NCBI GenBank assembly: GCA_041736175.1
Contig: JBGSUI010000129.1
Coordinates: 1 to 23,071, forward strand
From: Oligoflexales bacterium
Lineage (GTDB): Bacteria > Bdellovibrionota_B > Oligoflexia > Oligoflexales > CAIYRB01
Length of the DNA stretch: 23,071 nt
Direction of reading: 5' to 3'
Shown here: piece by piece, positions 8,430 to 17,408 of the stretch
Layout: each line of letters opens with the position of its first letter
Numbering within the stretch: the stretch's first letter is position 1
Program-made: the position numbers and the translations under genes
Notes under the pieces: model-generated
Seen by the model: the letters and a program-made list of their open reading frames with translations, nothing else
Databases searched by the model: none
What the model was told of the DNA's origin: nothing

Positions 8430-8519
8430 GGTCGATTTCAAGGGTTTTTGCGTGGTTTCAAGCTAAAAACCCAGTTTTTAAAACATTAAAGTGCCAGATC
8501 CGACACTTGGACACGTGCT

Positions 8520-9404
8520 TCAAAGGGGAAAATGATAAACCAACGTCAAGATGACCCATACCACGGAGCCGCAAAACATAGTCCCATCCACACGGTCCAA
8601 AAATCCACCATGACCCGGTATCAGCGTCCCCGAATCCTTCACGCCCACAAACCGCTTAAAGGCCGACTCGATTAGATCGCCCAGTTGTGCGGAGATCACC
8701 CCAAAGATGCTGATAAATCCGATGAGCTCGTAACTCCCGAGCCCTCCGCCATAGAACCAGTTAAGCCCGCAGGCTCCAAGGATTCCAAAAACCATGCCGA
8801 CCACAGACCCTTCCCAGGTTTTTTTAGGAGAAATCACCGGCGCAAAGGGTCGATTCTTTACAAAACGTCCTCCCAAAAACCGCCCACCGAAATAAGCACC
8901 GGTATCGCTCATCCACGTGATCATCATGACCAAGATTACATACCGAGCATGGGGAGCCATTATATAGAGTTTAAAGACCACGATCCACGGCAAGGTGCCG
9001 TAGCACAGAGCGAGAAGCGACGAGAGGGTGCGGGCCATGGAAGTGGGGATCGTTGGCCCTGAAAAAGCTCCGACCCCAATGACCGTCATCATCGCCATCA
9101 AAGCCCAGTCGCTGGTATGGCCCCCCGGAAGATAGAATTGGCTCGCTACCAGACTTATAGCGAGTATGAGAGTTAAAACTCCCATAGAGTCCAAGTCCAG
9201 CTTAGCCCATACAGCTGGCCTAGACACGGTCTCGGCACCGAGCTTAGCCTCAAGAGTGCGGGTTAACTTGCCATGGAGTTCACAAACACACAGCATGGTA
9301 AAACCACACAGCATCGCCACGACCACGACAGGAGAGCCATCGACAAATCCCCATAGGAGAAAGGGCAGGAGCAGCACGGTCGAAAGAATTCTTAGAATTA
9401 GCAT
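8520..9404 (-). CDS. cdsA: Phosphatidate cytidylyltransferase
   Basis: SDTGAYFGG, ISPKKTWEG, GDLIESAFKR..GVKDSG.LIPGHGGFLDRVD; polytopic membrane protein overlapping the uppS stop by 7 nt. Confidence 0.95.
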   Translation of the reverse strand: MLILRILSTVLLLPFLLWGFVDGSPVVVVAMLCGFTMLCVCELHGKLTRTLEAKLGAETVSRPAVWAKLDLDSMGVLTLILAISLVASQFYLPGGHTSDWALMAMMTVIGVGAFSGPTIPTSMARTLSSLLALCYGTLPWIVVFKLYIMAPHARYVILVMMITWMSDTGAYFGGRFLGGRFVKNRPFAPVISPKKTWEGSVVGMVFGILGACGLNWFYGGGLGSYELIGFISIFGVISAQLGDLIESAFKRFVGVKDSGTLIPGHGGFLDRVDGTMFCGSVVWVILTLVYHFPL

Positions 9405-10189
9405 GAGATCTCATTGACGGTTTTAGGCTCCCGAGGCTTGTCGTCTTCCACAAGCCCAAAGCGTCGCTGGCGGTTAAGGTATTCATGGAGGGCGAGGGCG
9501 TAGTGCTCCTTCGAAAAGTCCGGCCATAGGACCGGCGTGAAGTAGAGCTCCGCATAGGCGAGTTCCCAAAGCATAAAGTTAGAAATCCGCTGCTCACCGC
9601 TGGTGCGGATGAGTAAGTCAGGAGGTGGTAAGTCACTTCCGGAGAGGGAGCTTGCAAAGACCTCCTGATTGATATCTTGGGGCTGAAGCCTTCCGTCCGC
9701 AACTTCCCTGGCGACGCGGCGACAGGCTTCGACAATCTCTGAGCGGCCTCCATAGCTTAAGGCTACGTTGAGGACTAAACCGGTATTAGGCCGCAGCATG
9801 GCTTCGGTTTCCCTTAGGAGAGTGAGGGATTTTGGTGGCAATCGGTCAAGCCTACCCATGGTCCGCAGTTGCACGTTATGGCGCATCAGCTCGACACGTT
9901 CTTGGACCAAGTAGGTGTTAAGGAGCGTCATGATCGCCGTCACTTCAGTGGTCGGCCGCCCCCAGTTTTCCTCGCTAAAAGCAAACAGCGACAGGACCTT
10001 GATGCCGAGTTCTCCCGAGGCTTCCACCACGGCCCGGACGCTCAACGCTCCCTTTCGGTGGCCAAAGACCCGGGGGCGGCCTTGTCTTTTTGCCCAACGT
10101 CCATTGCCGTCCATAATGATCGCCACATGGTTTGGCAATTTCTCTCTCTTTAAGGTCTTGACAAGCTCAGCAAACCGCTCCTCAGACAT
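9398..10189 (-). CDS. uppS: Undecaprenyl diphosphate synthase (isoprenyl transferase)
   Basis: PNHVAIIMDGNGRWA, GHRKG, FAFSEENWGRP, ALSYGGRSEI, DLLIRTSGEQRISNFMLW, RRFG. Confidence 0.97.
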   Translation of the reverse strand: MSEERFAELVKTLKREKLPNHVAIIMDGNGRWAKRQGRPRVFGHRKGALSVRAVVEASGELGIKVLSLFAFSEENWGRPTTEVTAIMTLLNTYLVQERVELMRHNVQLRTMGRLDRLPPKSLTLLRETEAMLRPNTGLVLNVALSYGGRSEIVEACRRVAREVADGRLQPQDINQEVFASSLSGSDLPPPDLLIRTSGEQRISNFMLWELAYAELYFTPVLWPDFSKEHYALALHEYLNRQRRFGLVEDDKPREPKTVNEISC

Positions 10190-10205
10190 TGCTTTCCTTC
10201 CAAAT

Positions 10206-10232
10206 CAAAAACAAGGGACCAAAAACAAGGGA
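10206..10232. repeat. Perfect 13-bp tandem direct repeat (period 14)
   Basis: CAAAAACAAGGGA at 10206-10218 and 10220-10232, in the uppS/rsmI divergent intergenic region. Confidence 0.85.
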
Positions 10233-10365
10233 GTAAACTGGGATTGCTACCATAGGTGGATTCGTTTTAAAACCCTCTATCGTTCCCCCCATGGACGCTC
10301 CTTCGGTTCAAAGGACCGAAAAGATGGCGCACACTGGGGTCGGGTTCAGGAAACAATAGATCTTC

Positions 10366-11151
10366 GTGAAGGATTCTTCAACCATGGATACCTCGGAAAA
10401 TGACTCTTCCCCATCCCAAGGACCTGCACAACCCCCGGCACCCTCGAAGCCTAAAACCGTGGGCAAACTAGTGATGGCAGCTACTTGCATTGGTGAGTTA
10501 AAGGATATTCCTCTACGCAGCCTCGAATATCTGCAGGAGTCTACCGACCGTGATCTCCTGGTTTTTGAGGAAGACCGACCGGCGCGGCTGTTTCTTAAGG
10601 CTGCCGGAGTCCATAAGCCTTATCTTAAATATTCAGAACACGGCGAAAACGAGACTCTGGCCAAGGTTGCTAAAACCCTGAAAAAAGGCGGCACCGTCGT
10701 CTATATGAGCGACCAAGGGACCCCTGGCCTCGCGGATCCAGGCCGCGATCTGGTGCAACGAGCCATGGATGTAAAAGCACAGATTCAGGTGATTCCTGGG
10801 CCCAGTAGCATCACCGCAGCGCTCTCCGTATGCCCCTTTGATTGTCGTAGTTTCACCTATCTAGGACTCTTGCCTCGGCAACCAGTCAAACGGGGCCAGG
10901 CCCTTAAAGCCGCAGCAGTCTTTGAGCATCCGGTCATCATGATCGATGCCCCCTACAGACTGCTGGCTCTCCTGGAAAGCGCGCTGAAGGCCTTTGGCAC
11001 GGCCCGGCGTGCCATGTTAGCCCGGGATATTTCGGGCCCTCAAGAAGCCTACTGGGTCAGTACCCTGGATAAACTCCTCGAAGATAGCCGTGTCTTTTGG
11101 GAAGAAGAGCATGAGAAGATCAACTTTGTCCTAATCATCGATGGACGCTAG
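10366..11151 (+). CDS. rsmI: RsmI-like SAM-dependent methyltransferase (16S rRNA C1402 2'-O-MTase family), divergent
   Basis: GKL...ATCIGELKDI, SDQGTPGLADPG, VIPGPSSITAAL, LGLLPR, DAPYRL. Start uncertain (GTG 10366 or ATG 10384). Confidence 0.75.
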   Translation: MKDSSTMDTSENDSSPSQGPAQPPAPSKPKTVGKLVMAATCIGELKDIPLRSLEYLQESTDRDLLVFEEDRPARLFLKAAGVHKPYLKYSEHGENETLAKVAKTLKKGGTVVYMSDQGTPGLADPGRDLVQRAMDVKAQIQVIPGPSSITAALSVCPFDCRSFTYLGLLPRQPVKRGQALKAAAVFEHPVIMIDAPYRLLALLESALKAFGTARRAMLARDISGPQEAYWVSTLDKLLEDSRVFWEEEHEKINFVLIIDGR

Positions 11152-11159
11152 ATTTAGGA

Positions 11160-12299
11160 TTAAAGAGTGCCCTGGTAAAACTTGGACTTAAGGTAAAGCT
11201 CCATCCCAATATCCACCAGAACCTTGATGACGGCAACCGTGGGCACGGCCAGGATGATCCCGACGAAACCAAACCAGTCCCCAAAGGCGATCACCGACAT
11301 GATCACCACCAAGGGGTGCAGTCCTAGCCGGTCCCCGAGCACTGAGGGGGTGATAACGGTTCCATCGATGGCCTGGACGATCACGATCACCATGGCCACC
11401 ATAAAAACCAGGGTCCACCCGCCACTAAAATCGGACACCAAGATGATCGTGCTCAGGGCAATCCCAACGATCACGTCCAGATAGGGGATAAATCGGCAAA
11501 TCCCGGCGATAATGCCGATCACTGCCCCCAGCTTAAGTCCAATCAGCGAAAATCCCAGGGCATAAAGGATGGCTAAGGTCCCAGCGACGATCATTTGGCC
11601 TTTGATTGCAGTCCTGAGAGCCCGGTCTAATCTTAGGAGATAGACGTCAAAGGACGACTGTAGATCGAGGGGAATCACCCGCCTCAAGGAGGTTTTTATG
11701 GCCACATCTTCTTTTAGGAGAAAAATCGTTAGGATTGGAATAAGCACCAGATGGATCGTCCAGCCAATGACAGAAGTGCTGGTCTGCCACAAGCCCGTGA
11801 GGCCGCTTTGGAGATAGGATTCCAGTCTCCCCAGGACATTGATTGAGGCCAGTTGGCGGTGGATCTCCTCGGCGGTCACAAAGCCAAAGCTACCTAGGTA
11901 GGATTCCAGATGTGGCACCCATTGGGACGTAATGACTTGTGTCGTCGCTGGAACCATGCTGATGATCACTGTGGCTTGTTTGTAGATCAGGGGGATTCCA
12001 AAAATAAAGATGGCGCCCATAAAAACGGCGACGCACCCCATTAACACCAACAGGATATTTCGCTCCTTAAGCCCAAAGCCCTTCAGTCTGGTGACGATGG
12101 GTTTGAGCAAGTAAGCCAAGATCCCCGCCGTCGCCACGGAGACCAAGACGGCCCGGAAGGCTATGACGAGAGCCGCGATGCCAAGGATCATCATGACGAT
12201 AAAAATCAAAAATTTTCGTGGCGAAAGGTCGCACCCCGCGGGGACCGGAGACCCGTTAGCGCCACTGGGGTAGGCCCTATGTTCCTGTGACTGTTCCAC
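11160..12299 (-). CDS. AI-2E family transporter (PerM/TqsA-like)
   Basis: ILAYLLKPIV, LIPILTIFLL, IKGQ, FIPYL, ITPSVLGDRLGLHPL, FGFVGIILAVP. GTG start with GGGAGA RBS. Confidence 0.9.
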   Translation of the reverse strand: MEQSQEHRAYPSGANGSPVPAGCDLSPRKFLIFIVMMILGIAALVIAFRAVLVSVATAGILAYLLKPIVTRLKGFGLKERNILLVLMGCVAVFMGAIFIFGIPLIYKQATVIISMVPATTQVITSQWVPHLESYLGSFGFVTAEEIHRQLASINVLGRLESYLQSGLTGLWQTSTSVIGWTIHLVLIPILTIFLLKEDVAIKTSLRRVIPLDLQSSFDVYLLRLDRALRTAIKGQMIVAGTLAILYALGFSLIGLKLGAVIGIIAGICRFIPYLDVIVGIALSTIILVSDFSGGWTLVFMVAMVIVIVQAIDGTVITPSVLGDRLGLHPLVVIMSVIAFGDWFGFVGIILAVPTVAVIKVLVDIGMELYLKSKFYQGTL

Positions 12300-12339
12300 G
12301 CCCGTGGTCTCCCTTCAACGTGCCTTACAAACTCATCAC

Positions 12340-13440
12340 TTAGGGCTCGACGGTCGTTTCTGTGCCGTAGGTGGCCAGTAGTTTTTCCTGAACCTCCGAG
12401 AGCCTCTCCTCTTCGTAGTATACCTCGTCTTCAGCAGACTTTTTGTATAAAGGTCCTAGGTGTGCATAGGCGATCTCGGGGGGGGCTTTTTGCACCGGTC
12501 CAGAACAGTCCTCAGGGGCAAAAACCAAACACCGATCGTTTTTGCCGTAGTCTTTGATCAGGGACCGTGTGGTCCAACCCTTTTCCTCAAAGATTGCCTG
12601 GACGGTTTGGGCTTGACGATGGCCGATCTCGACCACCAGGAAACCATGGGGGCTTAAGAGGGACCGCGCCCCTTGGGCCAGTGAGCGATAAAAGACTAAT
12701 CCGTCTTGGTCGGCAAACAGCGCCATGGCAGGCTCGTAATCCAATACGGAGGCCGACAGGCTTGGCGACTCACTGGGAGCGATGTAGGGAGGGTTGGATA
12801 CGATGAGGTCGAAAGGATGGTGACGGATGTCTCGATGGACCGCCTCAAGCCTTTGGAGGGCGTCACAACAAACCCACTGGACCCTCCCTTGGTCTTTTGG
12901 ATCGAGGAGTTTTTCGCCATTGAGCAGGGCTATATCAAGGGCTTCTTGGGACCGGTCCCACCCGGTCAAGTCGATCCCTGGACACTCTAAAACAAGGGAC
13001 AATCCGATACAGCCGGTTCCTGTCCCCAGGTCTAGGACCCGCAAGGGGTCGGTGGGGGAGACTTTTTGTTTGTGGAGTTGGGCGATGAGTTGGATGGAGG
13101 TTTCGACGAGTCGCTCCGTATCGGGGCGCGGAATCAAAACCGACCGGTTCACAACAAAGCGGTGTTTCCAAAACTCCTTGTAGCCCAGGATATAGGCTAT
13201 GGGTTCTCCCAAAGCTCGGCGCTTTAGGAGGTCCCGGTAGTTTGCCCTAACCGCCGGCGCGACCTCTTCGGGAAGTCGCATATAAAGCTGCATGCGGTCA
13301 CACTTGAGTGCTTCACACAGCAGCAGTTCTCCATCGAGCCGGGGGGATTCCGTGAGGCCCTGCTTTTCAAGATAGCTATGGGACCACTGGAGAATCTTCT
13401 GAATCGTCCATGATTCCCCCTGATTTTTAGCTTCGCTCAT
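12340..13440 (-). CDS. prmC: Release factor glutamine methyltransferase PrmC/HemK, with a C-terminal extension
   Basis: RRALGEPIAYILG.KEFW, VLIPRPDTE, LDLGTGTGCI, IVSNPPYI, YEPAMAL, EIG..Q; directly downstream of prfA. Confidence 0.95.
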   Translation of the reverse strand: MSEAKNQGESWTIQKILQWSHSYLEKQGLTESPRLDGELLLCEALKCDRMQLYMRLPEEVAPAVRANYRDLLKRRALGEPIAYILGYKEFWKHRFVVNRSVLIPRPDTERLVETSIQLIAQLHKQKVSPTDPLRVLDLGTGTGCIGLSLVLECPGIDLTGWDRSQEALDIALLNGEKLLDPKDQGRVQWVCCDALQRLEAVHRDIRHHPFDLIVSNPPYIAPSESPSLSASVLDYEPAMALFADQDGLVFYRSLAQGARSLLSPHGFLVVEIGHRQAQTVQAIFEEKGWTTRSLIKDYGKNDRCLVFAPEDCSGPVQKAPPEIAYAHLGPLYKKSAEDEVYYEEERLSEVQEKLLATYGTETTVEP

Positions 13441-13455
13441 CTCTTCACCCCTTAC

Positions 13456-14544
13456 TTAGCCCCGGTCGCTTGAGAGGGGGGAACTGGATGGATCGGCTTT
13501 GAGGAGTTCTGCTTGATGGTACGCAATCAGTGCGTCAAAAACTTCGCCAATATCACCATCCATCACCGCATCTAACTTATAAAGAGTGAGGTTAATCCGA
13601 TGATCCGTCAAGCGGCCTTGGGGAAAATTATAGGTTCGGATCCGTTCGCTGCGGTCTCCAGATCCCACTTGGCTCTTGCGAGCGGCGCTGATGGCGCTCG
13701 CCTGCTCAGCCTCGGCCCTTTCATAGAGACGGGCCTTAAGGATCTTCATGGCCTTGTCACGGTTTTTATGCTGGCTGCGTTCGTCCTGGCATTCGACCAC
13801 GAGACCGGTCGGCCTATGGACGATACGCACCGCCGAGTCGGTCGTGTTGACATGCTGGCCCCCTGCACCGGAAGCTCTACAAACCATGATATCCAGGTCT
13901 GCTGGATTGAAATCCACCTCGATATCATCTGCTTCAGGAAGGATCGCCACCGTGCATGCACTGGTATGAATCCGGCCTTGGGACTCCGTCGCCGGAACCC
14001 GTTGGACCCGGTGGACGCCGCTTTCGTACTTAAGGCGGCTGTAGACGGCATTGCCTTCGATCAGGCAGATGATCTCTTTAAAGCCGCCCGTAGACGATGC
14101 CGTCGAACTCAAAGGCTCCATCCGCCAGCCCTGGCGGTCGCTAAACCGTTGGTACATGCGGAAGAGGTCCGCTGCAAACAGCGAAGCCTCCTCGCCACCG
14201 GTTCCGGCCCGTATTTCTAGGATAACGTTTTTAAGGTCGTTGGGATCTGTGGGGAGGGAGAGCAGCATCAGATGCTTTTCGATCGCTTCGATGTCCTTTT
14301 CCAGTTCATCCAGCTCTTCTTTAGCTAAGGACCTCATCTCACTGTCGCCAGTGGCAAGGAGTTCCTTAGCTTCATCCCGGCTTTGCTTAAGCTTGCAGTA
14401 TTTGCGGTAGCCTTCCACCAAGTCCTGCATTGCTGCGCGCTCTTTGGTTAGCTTTGTCAGCTCCACGGGCTTAAGCTGTCCCGAGGCGAGGGAGTCTTCG
14501 ATCTCCATGAAGCGGCGTTCGACGCCTTCTAAGTTCTCAAACAT
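13456..14544 (-). CDS. prfA: Peptide chain release factor 1
   Basis: [25 protein letters not shown] (PxT motif of RF1), [26 protein letters not shown] 14544 preferred; GTG 14553 is possible. Confidence 0.97.
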   Translation of the reverse strand: MFENLEGVERRFMEIEDSLASGQLKPVELTKLTKERAAMQDLVEGYRKYCKLKQSRDEAKELLATGDSEMRSLAKEELDELEKDIEAIEKHLMLLSLPTDPNDLKNVILEIRAGTGGEEASLFAADLFRMYQRFSDRQGWRMEPLSSTASSTGGFKEIICLIEGNAVYSRLKYESGVHRVQRVPATESQGRIHTSACTVAILPEADDIEVDFNPADLDIMVCRASGAGGQHVNTTDSAVRIVHRPTGLVVECQDERSQHKNRDKAMKILKARLYERAEAEQASAISAARKSQVGSGDRSERIRTYNFPQGRLTDHRINLTLYKLDAVMDGDIGEVFDALIAYHQAELLKADPSSSPLSSDRG

Positions 14545-14652
14545 AGCCCGCACCCAAGTTTGTCAACCAACCCGACCAGGACCGACAACCGGGACTGGCT
14601 ACAGGAGCCCAGGAGTTTTGCAACCCCGGAGCGCCTCCATGCTGACGAGAAC

Positions 14653-14856
14653 CTATGCTTTTTTTCCGTATTTCTTTTGGAATTTTTCGATCCGACCAGC
14701 GGTGTCGATAAGCTTCACTTTTCCTGTGAAGAAGGGATGGCATGAACTGCAGATTTCCAACTTGATCTCACTACGGGTGGACCGAGTTGTAAACGTGTGC
14801 CCGCAGGCGCAAGAAACTTGGGCGTCGCCGTACTTGGGGTGAATACTCTCTTTCAT
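14653..14856 (-). CDS. rpmE: 50S ribosomal protein L31, zinc-binding type A
   Basis: [42 protein letters not shown]. Confidence 0.97.
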   Translation of the reverse strand: MKESIHPKYGDAQVSCACGHTFTTRSTRSEIKLEICSSCHPFFTGKVKLIDTAGRIEKFQKKYGKKA

Positions 14857-14897
14857 TCTATTACTTTCTCCTTGTTCCTTCGAATTCCTAAATCATG

Positions 14898-14981
14898 GGT
14901 CTTTGGGGATGGTTAGCCTAATCGCGATCGGAGCGCAAACTCCACGACCTGTCTTTACAAATCAACCACCCCTCTGGGACC
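14898..14981 (-). ncRNA. Candidate structured cis-regulatory leader upstream of rpmE
   Basis: On the mRNA strand, GGGGUGGUU/AACCA(U)CCCC encloses hairpins GAUUUGU-AAAG-ACAGGUC and GGAGU-UUGC-GCUCC, with an outer GGUC/GACC. The G-U pairs work only on the minus strand. Confidence 0.4.
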
Positions 14982-14989
14982 TACTCGAA

Positions 14990-16483
14990 CTACCCGTTCA
15001 TGGAATCGATGAACTCACCGTTGGTTTTTGTCTTATCCAATTTGTCCAACAAGAACTCCATGGCATCGACGGGATTGAGCGGCTGCAAAAGCTTGCGCAG
15101 AATCCACATACGATTCAAAACGTCTTTTGGCAAGAGGAGATCTTCTTTACGGGTTCCTGACTTGTTGATGTCAATCGCTGGGAAGGTCCGTTTTTCTGAG
15201 AGCTTACGGTCTAAATGGACCTCCATATTACCGGTCCCTTTAAATTCTTCAAAAATAACTTCATCCATCCGCGAGCCGGTATCGACCAAGGCCGTAGCGA
15301 TAATCGTCAAGGACCCGCCCTCTTCGATATTACGGGCGGCCCCGAAAAATCTCTTAGGCTTGTGGAGCGCGTTGGAATCCACACCACCTGAGAGGATTTT
15401 GCCGGAGGGAGGCACCACGGAGTTATAGGCTCGGGCAAGCCGGGTGATGGAGTCCAGAAGGATCACAACATCTTTTTTGTGTTCTACCAACCTTTTAGCT
15501 TTCTCAATCACCATTTCAGCGACTTGGACATGCCGCTGGGCTGGTTCGTCAAAGGTCGAACTGATCACCTCGCCCCGCACGGACCGCTCCATATCGGTGA
15601 CTTCCTCTGGCCGCTCATCGATCAAGAGGACGATCAGGACGACCTCAGGATGATTTTTAGCCAAGGCTGCCGCGATATCCTGGAGCAGGATGGTTTTACC
15701 AGTCCGGGGTGGAGCAACGATCAGCGATCTTTGTCCTTTACCAATCGGACAGAGCAGGTCGAGGATTCGGGTTGATAGATTCTTCCCGTTCCACTCCATT
15801 TTGAATTTTTCCATGGGGTAGAGGGGGGTCAGGTTGTCGAAAATAATCTTTTCGAAATCCGGGTCTGGAGCCGAACCGTTGACATTCTCCACCTTGAGCA
15901 GCGCAAAGTAACGTTCGCTGTCTTTGGGAGGGCGGATCTGACCGGAGATCGTATCGCCGGTTCTGAGGTTAAACCGTCTGATCTGGGAGGGTGATACGTA
16001 GATATCGTCAGGACCTGGAAGGTAGTTGTAGTCCGGGGCCCGTAGGAAACCAAAACCATCGGGCAAGGTCTCTAAGACGCCCTCGCCATAGATGACTCCG
16101 CCGCGCTCGGATTGGGATTGTAAGAGGGCAAAGATGAGCTCTTGTTTTCTGAGATTTGCGGCACCCTCGATCCCCAGTTCCTTGGCCATTTTATTGAGGT
16201 CAGCGATTCGTTTTTCTTTGAGTTCCGTAAGGTTGATGGTCGGAACATCATCGCTGGGAGCTGGGATCAACTGGTCACCGAGGTCGTTTCCGGCCAGATT
16301 GGGTGCCGGTGCAACGGGGGTCGAAAGTGCTGAGAAGGAGTTTCCGGGGGAGCTAGCAGATACAGGCTTTCCGACGGATGGTGTTACAGGCTGGGAGGGG
16401 GATGTTCCGGTAGGGACGACAGGGGCTGCACCTGTTGCAGACTTGGTCGTCCGTCTTGGCTTAGGAGTGGTAGAATCTGACAT
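14990..16483 (-). CDS. rho: Transcription termination factor Rho, with an 82-aa low-complexity N-terminal extension
   Basis: [35 protein letters not shown] (P-loop), [36 protein letters not shown]. Confidence 0.97.
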   Translation of the reverse strand: MSDSTTPKPRRTTKSATGAAPVVPTGTSPSQPVTPSVGKPVSASSPGNSFSALSTPVAPAPNLAGNDLGDQLIPAPSDDVPTINLTELKEKRIADLNKMAKELGIEGAANLRKQELIFALLQSQSERGGVIYGEGVLETLPDGFGFLRAPDYNYLPGPDDIYVSPSQIRRFNLRTGDTISGQIRPPKDSERYFALLKVENVNGSAPDPDFEKIIFDNLTPLYPMEKFKMEWNGKNLSTRILDLLCPIGKGQRSLIVAPPRTGKTILLQDIAAALAKNHPEVVLIVLLIDERPEEVTDMERSVRGEVISSTFDEPAQRHVQVAEMVIEKAKRLVEHKKDVVILLDSITRLARAYNSVVPPSGKILSGGVDSNALHKPKRFFGAARNIEEGGSLTIIATALVDTGSRMDEVIFEEFKGTGNMEVHLDRKLSEKRTFPAIDINKSGTRKEDLLLPKDVLNRMWILRKLLQPLNPVDAMEFLLDKLDKTKTNGEFIDSMNG

Positions 16484-16610
16484 TTGGAAACTCGCTTAGG
16501 ATGTGGGTGGGTGAATCTAGAATCGATGCTTGGGGACAATGACCACAATGGGCCGAGGTGGCCGACAGGAATGGGCTTAGGTTTTTAGGTATATACCATT
16601 CGCAAGACTT

Positions 16611-16639
16611 TAAATAGGGTATAAATAACAAACTGTCAA
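16611..16639 (-). promoter_or_regulatory. Candidate sigma70 promoter of the rho-rpmE-prfA-prmC cluster
   Basis: Minus strand perfect TTGACA (16639-16634), 17-nt spacer, TATTTA (imperfect -10). Confidence 0.35.
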
Positions 16640-16747
16640 GGAAGAAAACCCTTAGATACCTACAAATCCCGCGGGATCCAACCCAAACCTCCTCCGCGGA
16701 CGAGGAACTCTGCGGCCCTCAGCTTAGGTTTCGGCAGGACCACCTGC

Positions 16748-16777
16748 TTGCTTGATTCTGGCGTCCCATGTTAACAT
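16748..16777 (+). promoter_or_regulatory. Candidate extended -10 sigma70 promoter for the 16823 gene
   Basis: TTGCTT, 18-nt spacer, TAACAT, with TG at the extended -10 position (16769-16770). Confidence 0.35.
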
Positions 16778-16822
16778 AAAGTCTATGAATTTACTTATCA
16801 TTATTCCAAGGACGGCCCTTCC

Positions 16823-17278
16823 GTGACCAAACAAATCCTACTCTCATACGTGCTCGTTGGCTGGGTTTTTTTAGCACAAAAAGCCCATGGGCAACAGGCC
16901 ATTTCCGTCGAAGAGCGCTTTCAAGATGTCTTTTTAACTGCTGGCTATTGCACCGCCTTTGGGGCTGCTTTAGGCACAGCCCTTCTGGCATGGACCGATG
17001 ATCCGACAGAAAATCTTAAGTATGTGGCGATCGGAGCTTCCCTTGGTTTTATTGGGGGCAGCGTGCTTGGGACCTACGTGGTTTTGGCGCCTGTCGCTTA
17101 CGAGCCTCCTCGCCATGACTCCCATTCGGACCAGGAATCCCGCCTAACAGCTATCGGACAGCCCAGAGATGGGGGAATCATCTCCAAACAGCCCCGCCTG
17201 ATTTTAAATCCCGAGTTTGATACCGAGACCACGGGTCTGGTGGGGATTAGGGGCACCTTTACGATGGCAAGCTTCTGA
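16823..17278 (+). CDS. Hypothetical exported/membrane protein with glycine-zipper-like helices
   Basis: Signal peptide ending AHG, two Gly-rich hydrophobic segments (GYCTAFGAALGTALL, GASLGFIGGSVLG), C-terminal Phe. GTG start. Confidence 0.7.
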   Translation: MTKQILLSYVLVGWVFLAQKAHGQQAISVEERFQDVFLTAGYCTAFGAALGTALLAWTDDPTENLKYVAIGASLGFIGGSVLGTYVVLAPVAYEPPRHDSHSDQESRLTAIGQPRDGGIISKQPRLILNPEFDTETTGLVGIRGTFTMASF

Positions 17279-17408
17279 CAACAAAATTATTTTGACTTAA
17301 ATGCAAGTCTGTGGCAATAGCGAGGAGAATCTTCGCGAGCAACCTAGCTCGTACTTTCAGAAAGTCGAGAATGGTTAACCTTTGCCCTAATTTTTCGAAA
17401 GAAAACCG

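Noticed and set aside
13600..14220. Long antisense ORFs (206 aa here; also 18206-18814 and 20736-21257)
   Set aside because: They lie fully opposite well-conserved genes and have no motifs; typical codon-bias shadows.
14905..14972. tRNA gene (cloverleaf-like fold of about 70 nt)
   Set aside because: No T-loop GTTCRA, no D-loop GG and no 7-nt anticodon loop; treated as a candidate leader instead.
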